The notes under the pieces were generated by a model, which was given only the letters and a program-made list of their open reading frames with translations, did no database searches and had not been told where the DNA came from. Shown piece after piece: positions 1 through 11,966 of a stretch of 64,000 bases of DNA; positions within the stretch are counted from its first letter, which is position 1; every line of letters begins with the position of its first letter. The DNA comes from Octopus sinensis (Eukaryota), in assembly GCF_006345805.1 (NCBI RefSeq), contig NW_021829832.1, positions 620,001 to 684,000 on the forward strand, written 5' to 3'. Made by a program: the position numbers and the translations under genes.

Positions 1-19
1 ATCTGTAATATAAATCTTG

Positions 20-3000
20 ATGAATATTCAGGAAACAATTAAAGCTTATAAATCCCGAACTGATATATTTCAAGAAGTCGAGAATCGTTACACCAACATG
101 TCAGAAATAATGAGAAACAACCCCTCCATAATCTCCGTACCATACAACCTACACACAGACGACGTCATCAAAATGGATCCAATGGCCAATCCCTATGAAG
201 TCTCCATAGACTTCCGGTCTCCAATCCTCCCTCAGCTACCTTATTCCCTGGTAGCTCAAACCCACTATTTCAGACTGTTATCGACCGTCGACGGACATCT
301 CATATTGATTGTCGGGCGGGTTGCTCACGTGAAGGAAAGGCAACCGCCAAACACCTCCGTTCTCAGAGAATTCGGAGAGCTCATTTCGACGAGAGTGAGG
401 ACGTTGACTTTAAATTCAAAATAGACGGTATTTACACCTTTTTTAAAACTAAGATCTCACTACGGCTAGAATGGAAGGATTTGAGGACTTGGAATGCCTC
501 AAGACCCACTCAGATATTTCTCTCGACTTGTCCAAGGCTCTGGAAATGGATTTGACTAAAGAAAATATCCGGGAAATTGTGGGGACTGTCGCAGATGACT
601 TGGAAACCCCACATTCTGACCAAAATGTGTTATTTGTGAGTTATTGTGGCAGAATGAGAACATCCAAGCCCACATTGATGGACTGAGAGAGGAATTTGAT
701 AAATTCATGAAGGATTTGTCACGTGTGGAGGATTCTGTGGAGGTCCCGGTTGGTTGGCTAGTCATAACCACAGGATGTCGTGGGAGACGAGAGCATGTTG
801 GAAGAACGGAATGGCGAAGTGGGGGGGAAATACGAGTATGCAGTGATGGTGGATATTGACCGAGAATGCCGTGACTTTGAACGTCTGCGTGGCCGAATGG
901 CATACATTGTAGACTAAATACTCATCGATAGTGGCCATTCGAGTTGGACGCCTTCCAGAAGTTTGCCATTTGCTCACTGGAGGAGAGACAGAGTGTGCTC
1001 GTGTCAGCCCACACATCCGCGGGGAAGACAGTGGTGGCCGAATATGCGATTGCTTTGGCACTAAAGCACATGACTAGGTAGAAGGTGTTGTCATATTGTA
1101 GGGTTGTTTATACTTCGCCTATAAAAGCGTTGAGTAATCAAAAGTTCAGGCAGTTTAAGCAGACATTTACTGACGTGGGGATAATAACGGGGGACGTACA
1201 GGTGAATAGGGGTGCCAGTTGTGTTGTAATGACCACTGAAATCCTCCGTTCGATGCTCTTCAATGGGGACAGGATGGTCAATAACCTCGAATATGTTATT
1301 TTTGACGAAGTTCATTACATCAATGATTCACAACGGGGAGTTGTGTGGGAGGAAGTCCTCATTCTCCTTCCTAACTATGTGGTTGTGGTCCTTCTCTCTG
1401 CCTCGGTTCCTAACGCAATGGACTTTGCCGAGTGGGTCGGGTTGGGGTAGGATTTCTACTTTTAGTTCGATAAAAAGACGGAAGGTGTTTGTAGTGGAGA
1501 CCTCTCAGAGACCAGTGCCTCTCCGACATCACATTTTCCTCCCCAATGCCTCTAAATTAAAGAGGCTGGTACCGATTAATTCGGCAGAGACTAAATTTGA
1601 TCAGGAAAGGTGAGGAGTGGCATTATTGGCAGATATCGAGATTCTGTTAACTCGCTAAAGAGTTCTATTAACCAGACAAAAGATTGGGTGGGGATAACAA
1701 AAATGGTATCAGAGGCACGTGATACCCCCATGGTCGTCTTCTGCTTTTCAAAAAAGAAAATAAAGAACATTGCCATGTCTCTGATCCACCACGTTTGCCT
1801 CGTGTCTGATGGGGAGGCTCATAACATTGACATTTTCTTATCGAAGGCTCTCCAACGATTGCCTGAATGTGACCGCAATCTTCCTCAGGTTAGGCACATG
1901 ACTGATGACAGATTTTTTTCATGAGGACTATTCTCAAATGTGGTATAGGAATGCACCACAGTGGTATACTCCCTATCATGAAGGAGTGTGTGGAAATGCT
2001 GTTTGAGAAGGGACTTGTCAAGGTTCTGTTCGCGACGGAGACTTTCTCGATGGGAGTGAATATGCCTGCCAAGACTGTCTTTTTCGAAAACTTAATGAAA
2101 TTCGAGGGAAAGGGGATGAGGATGCTCACCCCGGGAGAATATCTGCAAATGGCTGGACGAGCAGGAAGGAGGGGAATGGATACAATGGGCAATGTCATAA
2201 TCAGTCCGTCTAGTTATGTCCCCGACGAACAGGAAATGAAATCACTCATTGCTGGCTCAATCTGTCCTCTCCGTTCCCGATTCAGGCAGGGACTTGGTGT
2301 GATTGTGTAGACTGACGTATGGCACTCTTCTCAACCTCTTGAAAACTCGCAATATTGACGTTTCTGACGTCATTCGTCTTAGTTTTTCTGATTTTGCAGT
2401 CCGAAGTTGTTTGGTCAAATTGGGGTCGGAGATCAAGTCGTTGGAAGGGAATAATCGGAGAGAAGCTGTCAATTGTCAGGAATGTTCTGGCGACATTCGT
2501 TTATTTATCGAGTCATTTTCTGCCCTGACGAAGAAGTTGAGTGATTTTTTGGTTCGTATTTTCCGTGTTTATATCAGAACATGTCACTGAACATAAGTTC
2601 GGTGTTTATTCCTGGCAGAATCGTGATTGTCCGAAACAGGAACAAGAATTGTCTGGGAGTAATATTGTCGCCAGTCTTCTACAGGAAATTCACCTATTTC
2701 ATATCCTGTCTTGTATTCCCGGCACCCAATGGAAAGGGCCATCTACTCTATCGAGGGTTTGTGGAATATTTTAAGACACCGCCGATTGGTATTTTCAACA
2801 ACGTCAACACTGAGAGTGTGTGTTGGTTGGGTGACCATGTGATCAGTCTTAATGCACATACTGCTTGCAAAAACCTCCGAACGAGGTATGGATGTTGTTT
2901 GAGTGTCCAGGGGGTCCAATTGTGCGGAAGCGGTCGAAATTACAGAAAGGTTATACGATTACGTGTCGGAACACAACTTTGACATTCCATTCTTGAGTAA

Positions 3001-3884
3001 AGTGCCAAAGGATGTCAGCCTTACCAAAGAACTGCAGAATATTCGTCGAATTGTGGGCGAGTTGGGACAGTATTTGTGCACTAACTGTCCTCATTTCGTG
3101 ACACATGTGAGTTTGTCATGTTTAATGTTGTAGTATAAAAAAATGTGTAAGTTTGTTACGAACGAGAGCAATTTGTCGTCCTTGCGTGGTAAGTACCAAC
3201 AACAGGAAGAGGCGTTAGACACTGAATATTACTCTCGATTGGCGGTATTGTGGGGGAATATTGGTAGGTCCTTAAAGAACTCCACTATATAAATCAGGAT
3301 GGAGTTGTGGAATTGAAAGGGAATTTTGCGCGTTTTTTAAATCATATGGAATTGTACTTGACCGAGTTGGCAGTCCAGGGAGTTTTTGCAGATTTGCAAA
3401 GTCCCGAATTGGTGTCGGTCATGTCTTTGTTGTTATACGAGGGCAGGGCCACACGAAGGGGGGGCCGAAGCTTTTCTTGTAGTTTTGAAAAGGTGTGGAC
3501 TACTTTGCTCAGTTGTAGGCTCATCGGAGGATGTTGACTATTGCTAGCCAAATGGACAAGTTGCAGAACACGCATGGAGTTATTGACTCTTTCGAGTATA
3601 TTATACCTCGACTTAACGATGGATTATCGGAGGTGGTATACAATTGGGCACTGGGAGTGGTTAGTGGAGCTGTTCTATTGTAGTCATTTGTCCAAGTAAC
3701 GACAATGACAGAGGAGGACGAGGGAACAATCGTCAGGTGTATTCTGAGAATTCACGAAACTCTTCTGGATTTTCATAGTGCTTGCAGATCTGTCGGCGAT
3801 TTTTCATTGTCTGAACGTGTGCTTGAGGCATCCAGAGTCATCAATCGGGATATTGTTTTTTCAGGCTCCTTGTATGTTGATTAA
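20..3884 (+). CDS. SKIV2L: SKI2/SKIV2L DExH RNA helicase (exosome cofactor), multi-exon with micro-introns; start uncertain
   Basis: Spliced reading gives [91 protein letters not shown] and the C-terminal [12 protein letters not shown] (TAA 3882-3884). Introns include 1078-1101, 1441-1465, 1610-1632, 1889-1911, 2286-2310, 2552-2577. Confidence 0.9.
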
Positions 3885-4069
3885 CATATTTCTTTTCTAA
3901 TTATGCCTTCTTTTATCATTTTAAAAATCACTTTTTTGTACTTATTTTATCGTAAATAAGACTAAGACTGTTTGTGATATATCTGTGTTACTTTTTGATA
4001 CAAAAACTTATTTTTAGACATTTTCACTAATATATACACAACAAAATTAGTTTAATTGGAAGGATTATG

Positions 4070-4362
4070 TTATTTGTTTTCATGTATTCCCAACTTGTCC
4101 CAATTCTCGGCGTCCATTAAATCTCTGGGCTATATTCAGATATTCCAAACTTATCAATTCTACATTGGAAGTATTCCTTCATTAGTTTACGACAGAGTGA
4201 ATTGGTGTTCCCGTGGGAAGCTAAGCAGTTCATATATTCTCGCATACATTCAGTGCATTCACCTGTAATAAAAATATTTATAGTACCGTCACGATCCAAG
4301 GGAAAACTGCCCCTTAGTGGAGGAGTGGGTTTCGCATAAGGAGATGATCCTAGAAATGACAT
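4070..4362 (-). CDS. COX19: Cytochrome c oxidase assembly protein COX19 (twin CX9C)
   Basis: PTPPLRGSFPLDRDG / ECTECMREYMNCLASHGNTNSLCRKLMKEYFQCRIDK / DLMDAENWDKLGIHENK* after removing a 24-nt intron (4263-4286) and a 26-nt intron. Confidence 0.9.
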
Positions 4363-4879
4363 ACTCTCGACTCCACGAGAACTAATTATAATTCTTATTT
4401 ATTATTAAATTTAATATATAGTCATTATAGAAAACAAGTTACAATGTATTGATTGAGGAGATTGTCAAAGTGTAGACGAATAGTTTAACCGACGTCTTTT
4501 TCGATAAAGAACTACGACTTTCACTCTTCAAAATCTGCTCAGGATTCCACATTTTGTTTTTTTTCATTTATTAGCTAACCAATACTTAAGCAAATGTATC
4601 TGTTCTTGACTACTATTTAAAGAATTTATTAGAGCGTCCAGAAAAGTTTACAGAATGCTCGATGACTGCTGCCCATCTCCACGTTAACGAGGCTGTGTTA
4701 ATACTATCTCTCTACTATGGGATTAAGACATTAATAATATTTTGTGTAACATATGTTTATAATAGTTTTCTTGATCTCTATGGATGTGAAAACCATTAAC
4801 TTCTAAAGAAATTGCTACTCAGTGGCAATCTTGATAGTTTTAATAAGTAATAATTCCATGGATTCTTTATCATCCATTG

Positions 4880-6850
4880 TTTATGCTAGTAAAAAGTATT
4901 AATAGATTAATCGATGCGAAGACCAGCGGCCTGACGGATCACCAAACTGTTCCTCTGAATAACGGCAATCGAGAACCGCTGGAAAAACAGTCCACCTCCC
5001 GAAGATCGTAAGTGGCATGGAGATTGTGGCCCTAAGCTTGCGGAGGAATTTTTCCGTCTTTGGACCAAGAGCACCCGACGTCTCCATCGCTATCGGCTTA
5101 AATCTTCAGCCTTTTTAGCAGCAGATTTAGCCTCCCGAGCACACAAAGTTAGGTGTGAAGCAGAGAATGTATCCCAGCAGGTAGCGTCTTATATGAGATT
5201 TTTTCCGCCCTCAAAAGAGAAGAGTCATCCCGTCAGGACATTTCCCGTCATCGCGGTCAAGACCCGGTGGGTCGAGAACCGAAGGGAATCCCGCCGAGTC
5301 GAGGGCCCTCCGTATGATGTCAGCAGAGTGCCTCGGAAAACGTCCAGCACTCCTCTTGCACGATAAAGGATGCAGACCGAAAGGGTTAACAGTCCAGCCA
5401 CAACGACACACGTGCGGGACACATTGCCTTAGCTTGAGGTGCAGAGAGATTCCGATCCTTACTAATTCATCACCGAGGAGAGTGCCAGAAGGGGCGTTCG
5501 GGAATGCACAAAGCCAAGGTACACTAGCCAGAGATGCTGCCGAAAGAAGGCAGGCGCGGCAGTGTTGGTTGGACGACTCAAGGCGCAGATTGAAAGTTTG
5601 CTTGCATCCTATTCGATCCCATGTTTGTTGAGACATTCGATCTTCCGGAAAGTCAAGACCTTGTTCCCTCCAGACTTCGCTGAAATGAGCCACATTTGTG
5701 TCCGCAGAACATTCAGAAAAGGAGCGTAGAATTTCCATGACAAGTGTGTGGCTCGAGGAGAGGGACGAGAGAAAAGCAGGGAACGATAAGTCGGAACATG
5801 AGCGAATGCCGAGACCCCAAAAGATAACGAGAGGGTTGCCTGTCTCCAACCCCTATCGTCCGAATTGCATATGTTTTGAGTACAAGTACGGATAAGATGG
5901 TCAATGGCGGAAAGTCTCTCTGGAAAAGCAAAACACGGAGAAGAGCGTAGCAAATAAGAGAGCTTTTGGATTGAAAAGCAACTTCGTAGAAAGAATAATG
6001 CTGTGTGTGAGTTCAACTGACTGATACGTTCAAAAACTACCTCGAGAAAGAATTCCTTTTTGCGTAGGGCCACATCAATAGAATCGTCAGCCACAGGGGC
6101 TCCCAGGATAGAAAGTTTGTCAATTGGAGTAGATTGCACTCCAGGATAAGGTCACGGAATAGGCAAACAGCGTCTTCGAAGATAGTTGTTCGCAACCCTA
6201 AGTTAGAGACTCCACATTTAGAGAAATTTAAACTAAGGCCGACTTTTTCCAGAGCCGGAATAATTTTTATTATGTGGCGTCATCGAAATAGCAAAGATTT
6301 AGTAGGGAAGATATAAGCTTGGTCACCTCAGAGATTCCAAGACAGAAAAGGAGTGGCCCCAGAGAGTCTCTCTGTTAAACTCCCGAAGCAGACGAGATAT
6401 TGTCGGATTCGAAGATAAGGAAGGATGGTTGTCCGTATGATTGGAAAGTTATGTCAAATAATGAAAGAATACTCAGAGGAGGCCTCCAAAACTCGGTCCC
6501 GTCGAATACTGTTGAATGCATTTCTGATGTCAAGCTTGATCAATATGTTTGGACATGGGGATTCCATGCACGCATCTGAGAATGTGCGAACCGACCCCGA
6601 GTTGGACTGGGCTGAGCTTTGCAGCGATAGTGGGGATTATTTTCCTGCATGCGATCTTGGCGGAAGACAAAGCCGACCGAAATTGGGCGGCTCCCTCTGC
6701 ACTTTTTGCCAAAAGCGGTGAGATTGGCTGAGAAGAGAATGTGACGACAGATACCCTTGGAGCAGTTGATTTATCAGGCAAGTAATTGATTTGAGCAGAC
6801 GTGTACCGGACTCACCCACGGTGTGGGCAATTAGGTCCTTGGGCTCCTCC
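4880..6850 (-). mobile_element. Decayed CRE-like non-LTR retrotransposon (RT plus restriction-like endonuclease)
   Basis: Frameshifted motifs RPISVG, LSPVQLGVG, LDIRNAFNSIRR, GPLLFCL, FDDAT, ILGAPV, HCCH-like CVCRCG..HPLSC, DGKCPDGMTL, METSGALG and FQRFSIAVIQRNS. Confidence 0.8.
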
Positions 6851-7099
6851 GCTACTGCACGATTGTTAATTAAATTCTTTAAAATGCTTTTTTAAATACT
6901 TCAAACAGAAGTCGCGATTTCTTAATTAGATATCGAAAATTCCTAAAGAATTCCTCAGCATCTAAAACCCTAACTGTACTGAGATGTTAGCATTAAACCA
7001 CACAGTTTTAAAAATGAATAAACTATAGAAAAATTGTAAAACAAATTGTAATTAAATGTTAGAATACATCACATGGAAATCAGTCAGATTGAAGAGTAA

Positions 7100-7984
7100 T
7101 TAAGTAAACTAGAATAAATATAACCACACACCTGCCACCGAGCACCACATAAATTGCAAAAACAGAGAACAGTCATCGGCTCGTCCGACCTCAAAATCTG
7201 CAATTCGGTGAACTGAACATCATTTCCCTTGCACTTCCCACACTTTATCAACGTCGATTGTGACCCCATCGTCTGTGCTAACTGAGATGCATCAATAGCA
7301 TCCCTTCTCAACTTCTCTCGGAGTTCCTTCAACTCTCCGTTAGCCATGTCCTGCCAATGCCTCCAAAATCTACCTCTGCAGACATTGTGGCGAACTCACG
7401 AGGGGATATCACCCCTGTCAACACAGCCCCCCGCAATTCCGGATTCCGACGGTCTCTCAAATTGATGACTCGAGTTCGAACTCCTTTCCTGTACTCGGCC
7501 TCCGTTTTGGAAGTCAGAAATATTTGTTCCTCAATTTGTCGACAAATTTCCTCAAAGTTTCCTCCCTGAGGACTCCCCTCCACGGCGTCCAAAAACATTG
7601 ATCGACTCTTTTCACGGATTGTGTCGACCAGGTGGATTGCCCCCTGTTCGACTTGGGGCTTGTTAGGAGGGACGGAAGCATTCTTCTTCCAAAACAGTAT
7701 TAAAGTCTTTGCGAGAAGGGAAATTGACTTGTTTGATGTTTCCTTGCGAATTTTGTTAACTGTCATTCCAATTTTTGTTTTCTAAAAATGTAAATGAAAT
7801 GGGTACCAATAATATCTCGTAGGTGATGGGCATCGCTCTCAATTGTTCCAGATTACTTAAAACTGCGTCCTCTTCCTAGCTTATATCAATTTTGGGAATA
7901 AACCGCGATGTTCTCCTCTAATTGCTTTTGTAGTTCGTTTTTAATTTTATGAGTTTTTGTTATTAATGAGAGTTCAGAAGACAT
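7100..7984 (-). CDS. TCEA1: Transcription elongation factor TFIIS
   Basis: N-terminal domain (LEQLRAMPITYEILL/KTKIGMTVNKIRK), central domain (EYRKGVRTRVINLRD..NPELR) and Zn ribbon (KCGKCK..QILRSDEPMTVLCFCNLCGARW). Four 23-28 nt introns restore the frame. Confidence 0.92.
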
Positions 7985-9336
7985 TTATATTTACTACAAT
8001 TAATTATTAGATTTTTTTAACTTAAATTATATTAATATTCGCTTATTATAATGCTATTTAGAGTAGAGACGAAAGAACACACAAACGATCGTGCAGTAAC
8101 TATGAATTTTAATTAATTAAAATATAATAAAATTTTAATTTTTGTAATAATAAAAAATAAATCAAACTTTAATTACTTTTTAAAACTAAAATCAAAAATA
8201 AATAAATTGTACTATCTGTTTCATTTATTTGTAAATTCGAAAAGGGCCATGTCACTTTCAGAAACAAAAACAACCTCATTTCTCTGACAGTGGAGATCTA
8301 GACTGTACTCGTACAGGGAAATTGATAATTTAATCAAATATGAAAAGAGACCTATTTATTGTGCATATTTTTAAATCAGAACGTTTCTGCCAGATTATAG
8401 AGTTAGTTAACCCAACCCTTATTAACAATGGCATGATCTGTCCATAAATCCCATAGAGAGAGTTGTGAGTCAGAGAGATTCAATGGAAGTTGCCCTAAGA
8501 AACAGAAATTTATTTATTAAAGCACATTAAATAGCATTTAACATTTCAGATAGGAAATTTTTATCTTATTTGGCATTCTCAGAATATGCTTTTTGGAATG
8601 TCTGTTCTTATTAATAAACAATTTATTATTAGCTGTTGTGTAAGGATTACATAATTTGCAGAACAATTTTCCATCCAATAAAAATGAAAAATTCTTAGGA
8701 TATTTATTAACAATAAAAGAAATTCGCGCACGAGAGAGGCAGCGTTTTCCGTTATGATGAAAACTCCCAATGAGTGTTCAGAACACTCGTTTTATTCAGA
8801 ACATCCTTGTTATAAAGATTAAAAACAATTTTCGGCAATAACTATCAGGCAGTAGAATTCCTCAATGTAACCTGGTATACTATTTACTCATTTCGACAGC
8901 CATGACCTTAATATATCAGATGATCAGCTTGTTCAGAGTTTATACGCAACTTTGGTCAAGTATTGGGAAAGAGGGGAACTTGATTTTCTATTCAAATTAT
9001 CGGGCTAACACATTTCTTAAAAAATATGTTTTTGATATCTTTCTTATATGATCGTGTCAACAAGTTGTGTTTTCTGCCAAAGACGAGTTTGGTCACTTAG
9101 TGTACGTAGGTCATCAAAAACGGACAACTGCCCCTTTAAATGGGCATCAATGCAGATAAATCAGACCATTATTTCGAGAATGCAATGAAATAATGCATAT
9201 CTAAAAAATAAAATCTTATTAAACCAAAATTTGCTTAGTTTTTTTGAACTATCAAATTCAATCCTTTAATCCAAATCGTTGTGACCTCTCTTTTTTTTCT
9301 AGAATACTTTCTTACATATCTCCATTAAAGGGTTCT

Positions 9337-9387
9337 AAGGAGATCCAGGAATCCCATTCTATTGGGACTACGTGGAAGAGAACTGTC
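9337..9387 (+). pseudogene. 51-nt orphan copy of CK1 coding sequence
   Basis: 49/51 identity to 10528-10578 within the CK1 ORF. Confidence 0.85.
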
Positions 9388-9560
9388 TGAAGATTCAAAG
9401 AGGAAGAAGTATCTGCGTATTTCAAACGCTTTTGAGTTTGCCCTTCTCACCTTTGAAACATCTGGAATTGTCGGCAAGGCTAAGACTCAACTCCTCGCCG
9501 ACATTTGTAGAAAAATCTCGTAAACAAACAACCGGAGGGAGACGAACTGGCTTTTCCATT
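9388..9560 (+). mobile_element. 5'-truncated CRE-like 3' remnant
   Basis: Translates EDSKRKKYLRISNAFEFALLTFETSGIVG...RRETNWLF, homologous to 36794-37080. Confidence 0.75.
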
Positions 9561-10325
9561 GGCATTTAATACGTTGAGCTGACCCTTAGGCTCTCGACTA
9601 TTTTCTTAGCTACTTACCTAACTAGCATCTAATTTTGTTTTCGGACTTTTGCACAAATAAATAAAATATATTTTATTTGTTGCAACAGAATTTTGTTGGC
9701 CATTATGTGAGGAGACTTTGTTTTTATTTTATGAGTTTGCTGGAGGTGATCCAAATCTCAGGTCAACGATTTGACAATCAAAAAAACGCTTTGATCAAGA
9801 ACTTTACTCCAAAAAAGTAGAAAGAAAGACTCTTTACTTTTATTAAAAGTCCTTGAATTGTGAGGTGCTTGCATGAATGTGAAGAGTAGTTTAAAGATAA
9901 TTCTACTAAGCTCTTAAAATATTACAAACTTAGCTAATTATTTGGAAATTAGACACGATTTATCGGAATTTAAGAACTAATAGCATTTAGACGATAATAA
10001 CGCATTCCTTGCATTGCACGGAAATGTTTACATTATTTTTTGTTACTATGATTTTGCTTTGCTGTTTATCTTTACTACAACTCTTTTATAGAGCAAGTGA
10101 GTGTCTTTTTTGGGATTTCTTTAATAATGTTTGAATAATTATTAATAAACTATGAGAAGTTTTTTAAGTAATATTAATAATTATTTTTTAAAGGAAATAA
10201 ATGTAAAATTTAATACTTGACATTGGTATATAAATTTCGCATTGTTTGTTGTGGTGTTAATTTTCTAATATAATCTAAATATTTAAACAACTTAAACAAT
10301 TTATTAATCATTTTAGACCGTTCCT

Positions 10326-11267
10326 ATGAATGATAATGACAATTTAAAATCTGACTATGTTGTGGCTAATCGATACAGACTAATAAAAAAAATCGGCAGT
10401 GGCTCATTTGGAAAGATCTATTCGGCCCATGATTCAATGACTGGACATCAAGTAGCAGTAAAAGTGGAAAGCTCACAGTCGAGACACCCTCAGCTCCATT
10501 TTGAGAGCAAAATCTACCGTTTTCTCCAAGGAGATCCAGGAATCCCCTTCTTTTGGGACTACGTGGAAGAGAACTGTCACAATATTTTGGTTATCGACCT
10601 TCTTGGCCCGTCGATTGAGGAATTGTTCAATTTTTGTCATCGCCGATTCAATCTCAAGACTGTGCTCATGTTGGCCGACCAAATGCTGGAACGACTTGAA
10701 TATGTCCATTCCCGATGTTTTATTCACCGAGACATTAAGCCCGACAATTTCTTGATGGGTCCTGGACGGTATTCGGACAGACTTTATTTGATTGACTTTG
10801 GACTGGCCAAGAAATACAAAAGTGCGACCAGTGGGATCCACATTCCTTACAGAGATGACAAGAGTTTGACGGGGACTGCCCGCTATGCTAGCATTAATGC
10901 CCATATGGGGATAGAACAGAGCAGGAGAGATGATTTGGAGTCCATGGGGTATGTCCTCATGTATATGATTCGCGGAAACCTTCCTTGGCAGGGATTGCAG
11001 GCACCGACTAAGAAGGAAAAGTATGAGAGGATCTCAGAAAAAAAGAGGTCGACTTCCATTGAGTCGCTCTGCCACGGATTTCCTGACGAATTTGCCCTGT
11101 ACTTGAATTATTGTCGGTCGTTGCTGTTTGAGAAGAGGCCGGATTATAATTATTTGAGACAACTCTTTCAGAACTTGTTGAGGAGGATGGGGTTCTATCA
11201 CGATTTTAGTTATCAATGGACTACCGTCAAAAAGTGTTTTCCTGGTCCCCAGCCACACATTCACTGA
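10326..11267 (+). CDS. CSNK1A1: Casein kinase I, alpha-like; intronless CDS
   Basis: 313-aa ORF with [52 protein letters not shown] and EQSRRDD; collinear with CK1-alpha, no insertions. Confidence 0.95.
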   Translation: MNDNDNLKSDYVVANRYRLIKKIGSGSFGKIYSAHDSMTGHQVAVKVESSQSRHPQLHFESKIYRFLQGDPGIPFFWDYVEENCHNILVIDLLGPSIEELFNFCHRRFNLKTVLMLADQMLERLEYVHSRCFIHRDIKPDNFLMGPGRYSDRLYLIDFGLAKKYKSATSGIHIPYRDDKSLTGTARYASINAHMGIEQSRRDDLESMGYVLMYMIRGNLPWQGLQAPTKKEKYERISEKKRSTSIESLCHGFPDEFALYLNYCRSLLFEKRPDYNYLRQLFQNLLRRMGFYHDFSYQWTTVKKCFPGPQPHIH

Positions 11268-11633
11268 TCATTATTTTTATATAATCTACTTTCTTTAATT
11301 CCAACTTGTTCTTATTTTTACGATTTGGAGACTATTTGTTGATTGATTGTTGTTTGTCGAACTTTAATGGGTTTGTTATTGGCTTATTTTTATGTTGAGA
11401 GATGAATTGTTTTAAGTTAGTGCGTACAATTATAAGTGGATTACGTATTTGATATGTTTAGATGGGCTTATGATACACGAGAATAAATGTACGAAATAGA
11501 CAAAGAATGACAGTACTATTAAAATAATTGAAATGTTAATCGAATTATTCCGTCCACTTGTCAGTGTCTTACTGGACATTTTAACCTTTTTACACACAAA
11601 TTAAAGACAAAAAGAGAATCAGAGTTGAATATA

Positions 11634-11964
11634 CAGCCCAGCTTCTTAATCTCGCCATTTTGGGGACCGACCAAATCTTGCCAAGATTTAGAATTTTGCA
11701 AGTAATAAAAGTCCTCATCCTCTAAATAAAAGAATTGATTTCTTTTAAAGTTTAGATTAGTCATTTAAGACTCTCCGTGAAAAGTTATTAACTTCATATT
11801 GTTCCGCTTCTTGAATTTAGAAAGCCAGCATTAGCTAGCTTTGAAATTAGTAATTCAATGTAGATCAAAGACTTTTTGCTTTGAAAAGAATAGAATTGTC
11901 GTCCATGAATGCGTTACAATGTTCGATACATTCCATCCATGCCATTTCTGTATCAATAGTTGAA
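11634..11964 (-). mobile_element. Older, internally deleted pogo/Tigger fragment
   Basis: Minus strand reads YSTIDTEMAWMECIE..FMDDNSILFKAK..FKAS*CWLSKFKKRNN..TFHGES; TA-CAG terminus-like sequence at 11632-11636. Confidence 0.55.
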
Positions 11965-11966
11965 TA

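Noticed and set aside
4596-4607. GTATCTGTTCTT resembling U2 snRNA
   Set aside because: Only 12 nt; the GTAGTA branch-pairing segment and the 5' stem are absent.
8772-8788. Perfect palindrome GAGTGTTC-A-GAACACTC
   Set aside because: Single occurrence beside transposon-like subterminal repeats; no supportable function.
9337-10578. The 51-nt CK1 repeat as a long target-site duplication
   Set aside because: The sequence upstream of 9337 is not CK1, and the CK1 5' end lies between the two copies.
10473-10904. Antisense ORFs over CK1, SBF, CDK10 and the LINEs (for example 55468-56034)
   Set aside because: Shadow ORFs opposite real coding sequence, with no independent motifs.
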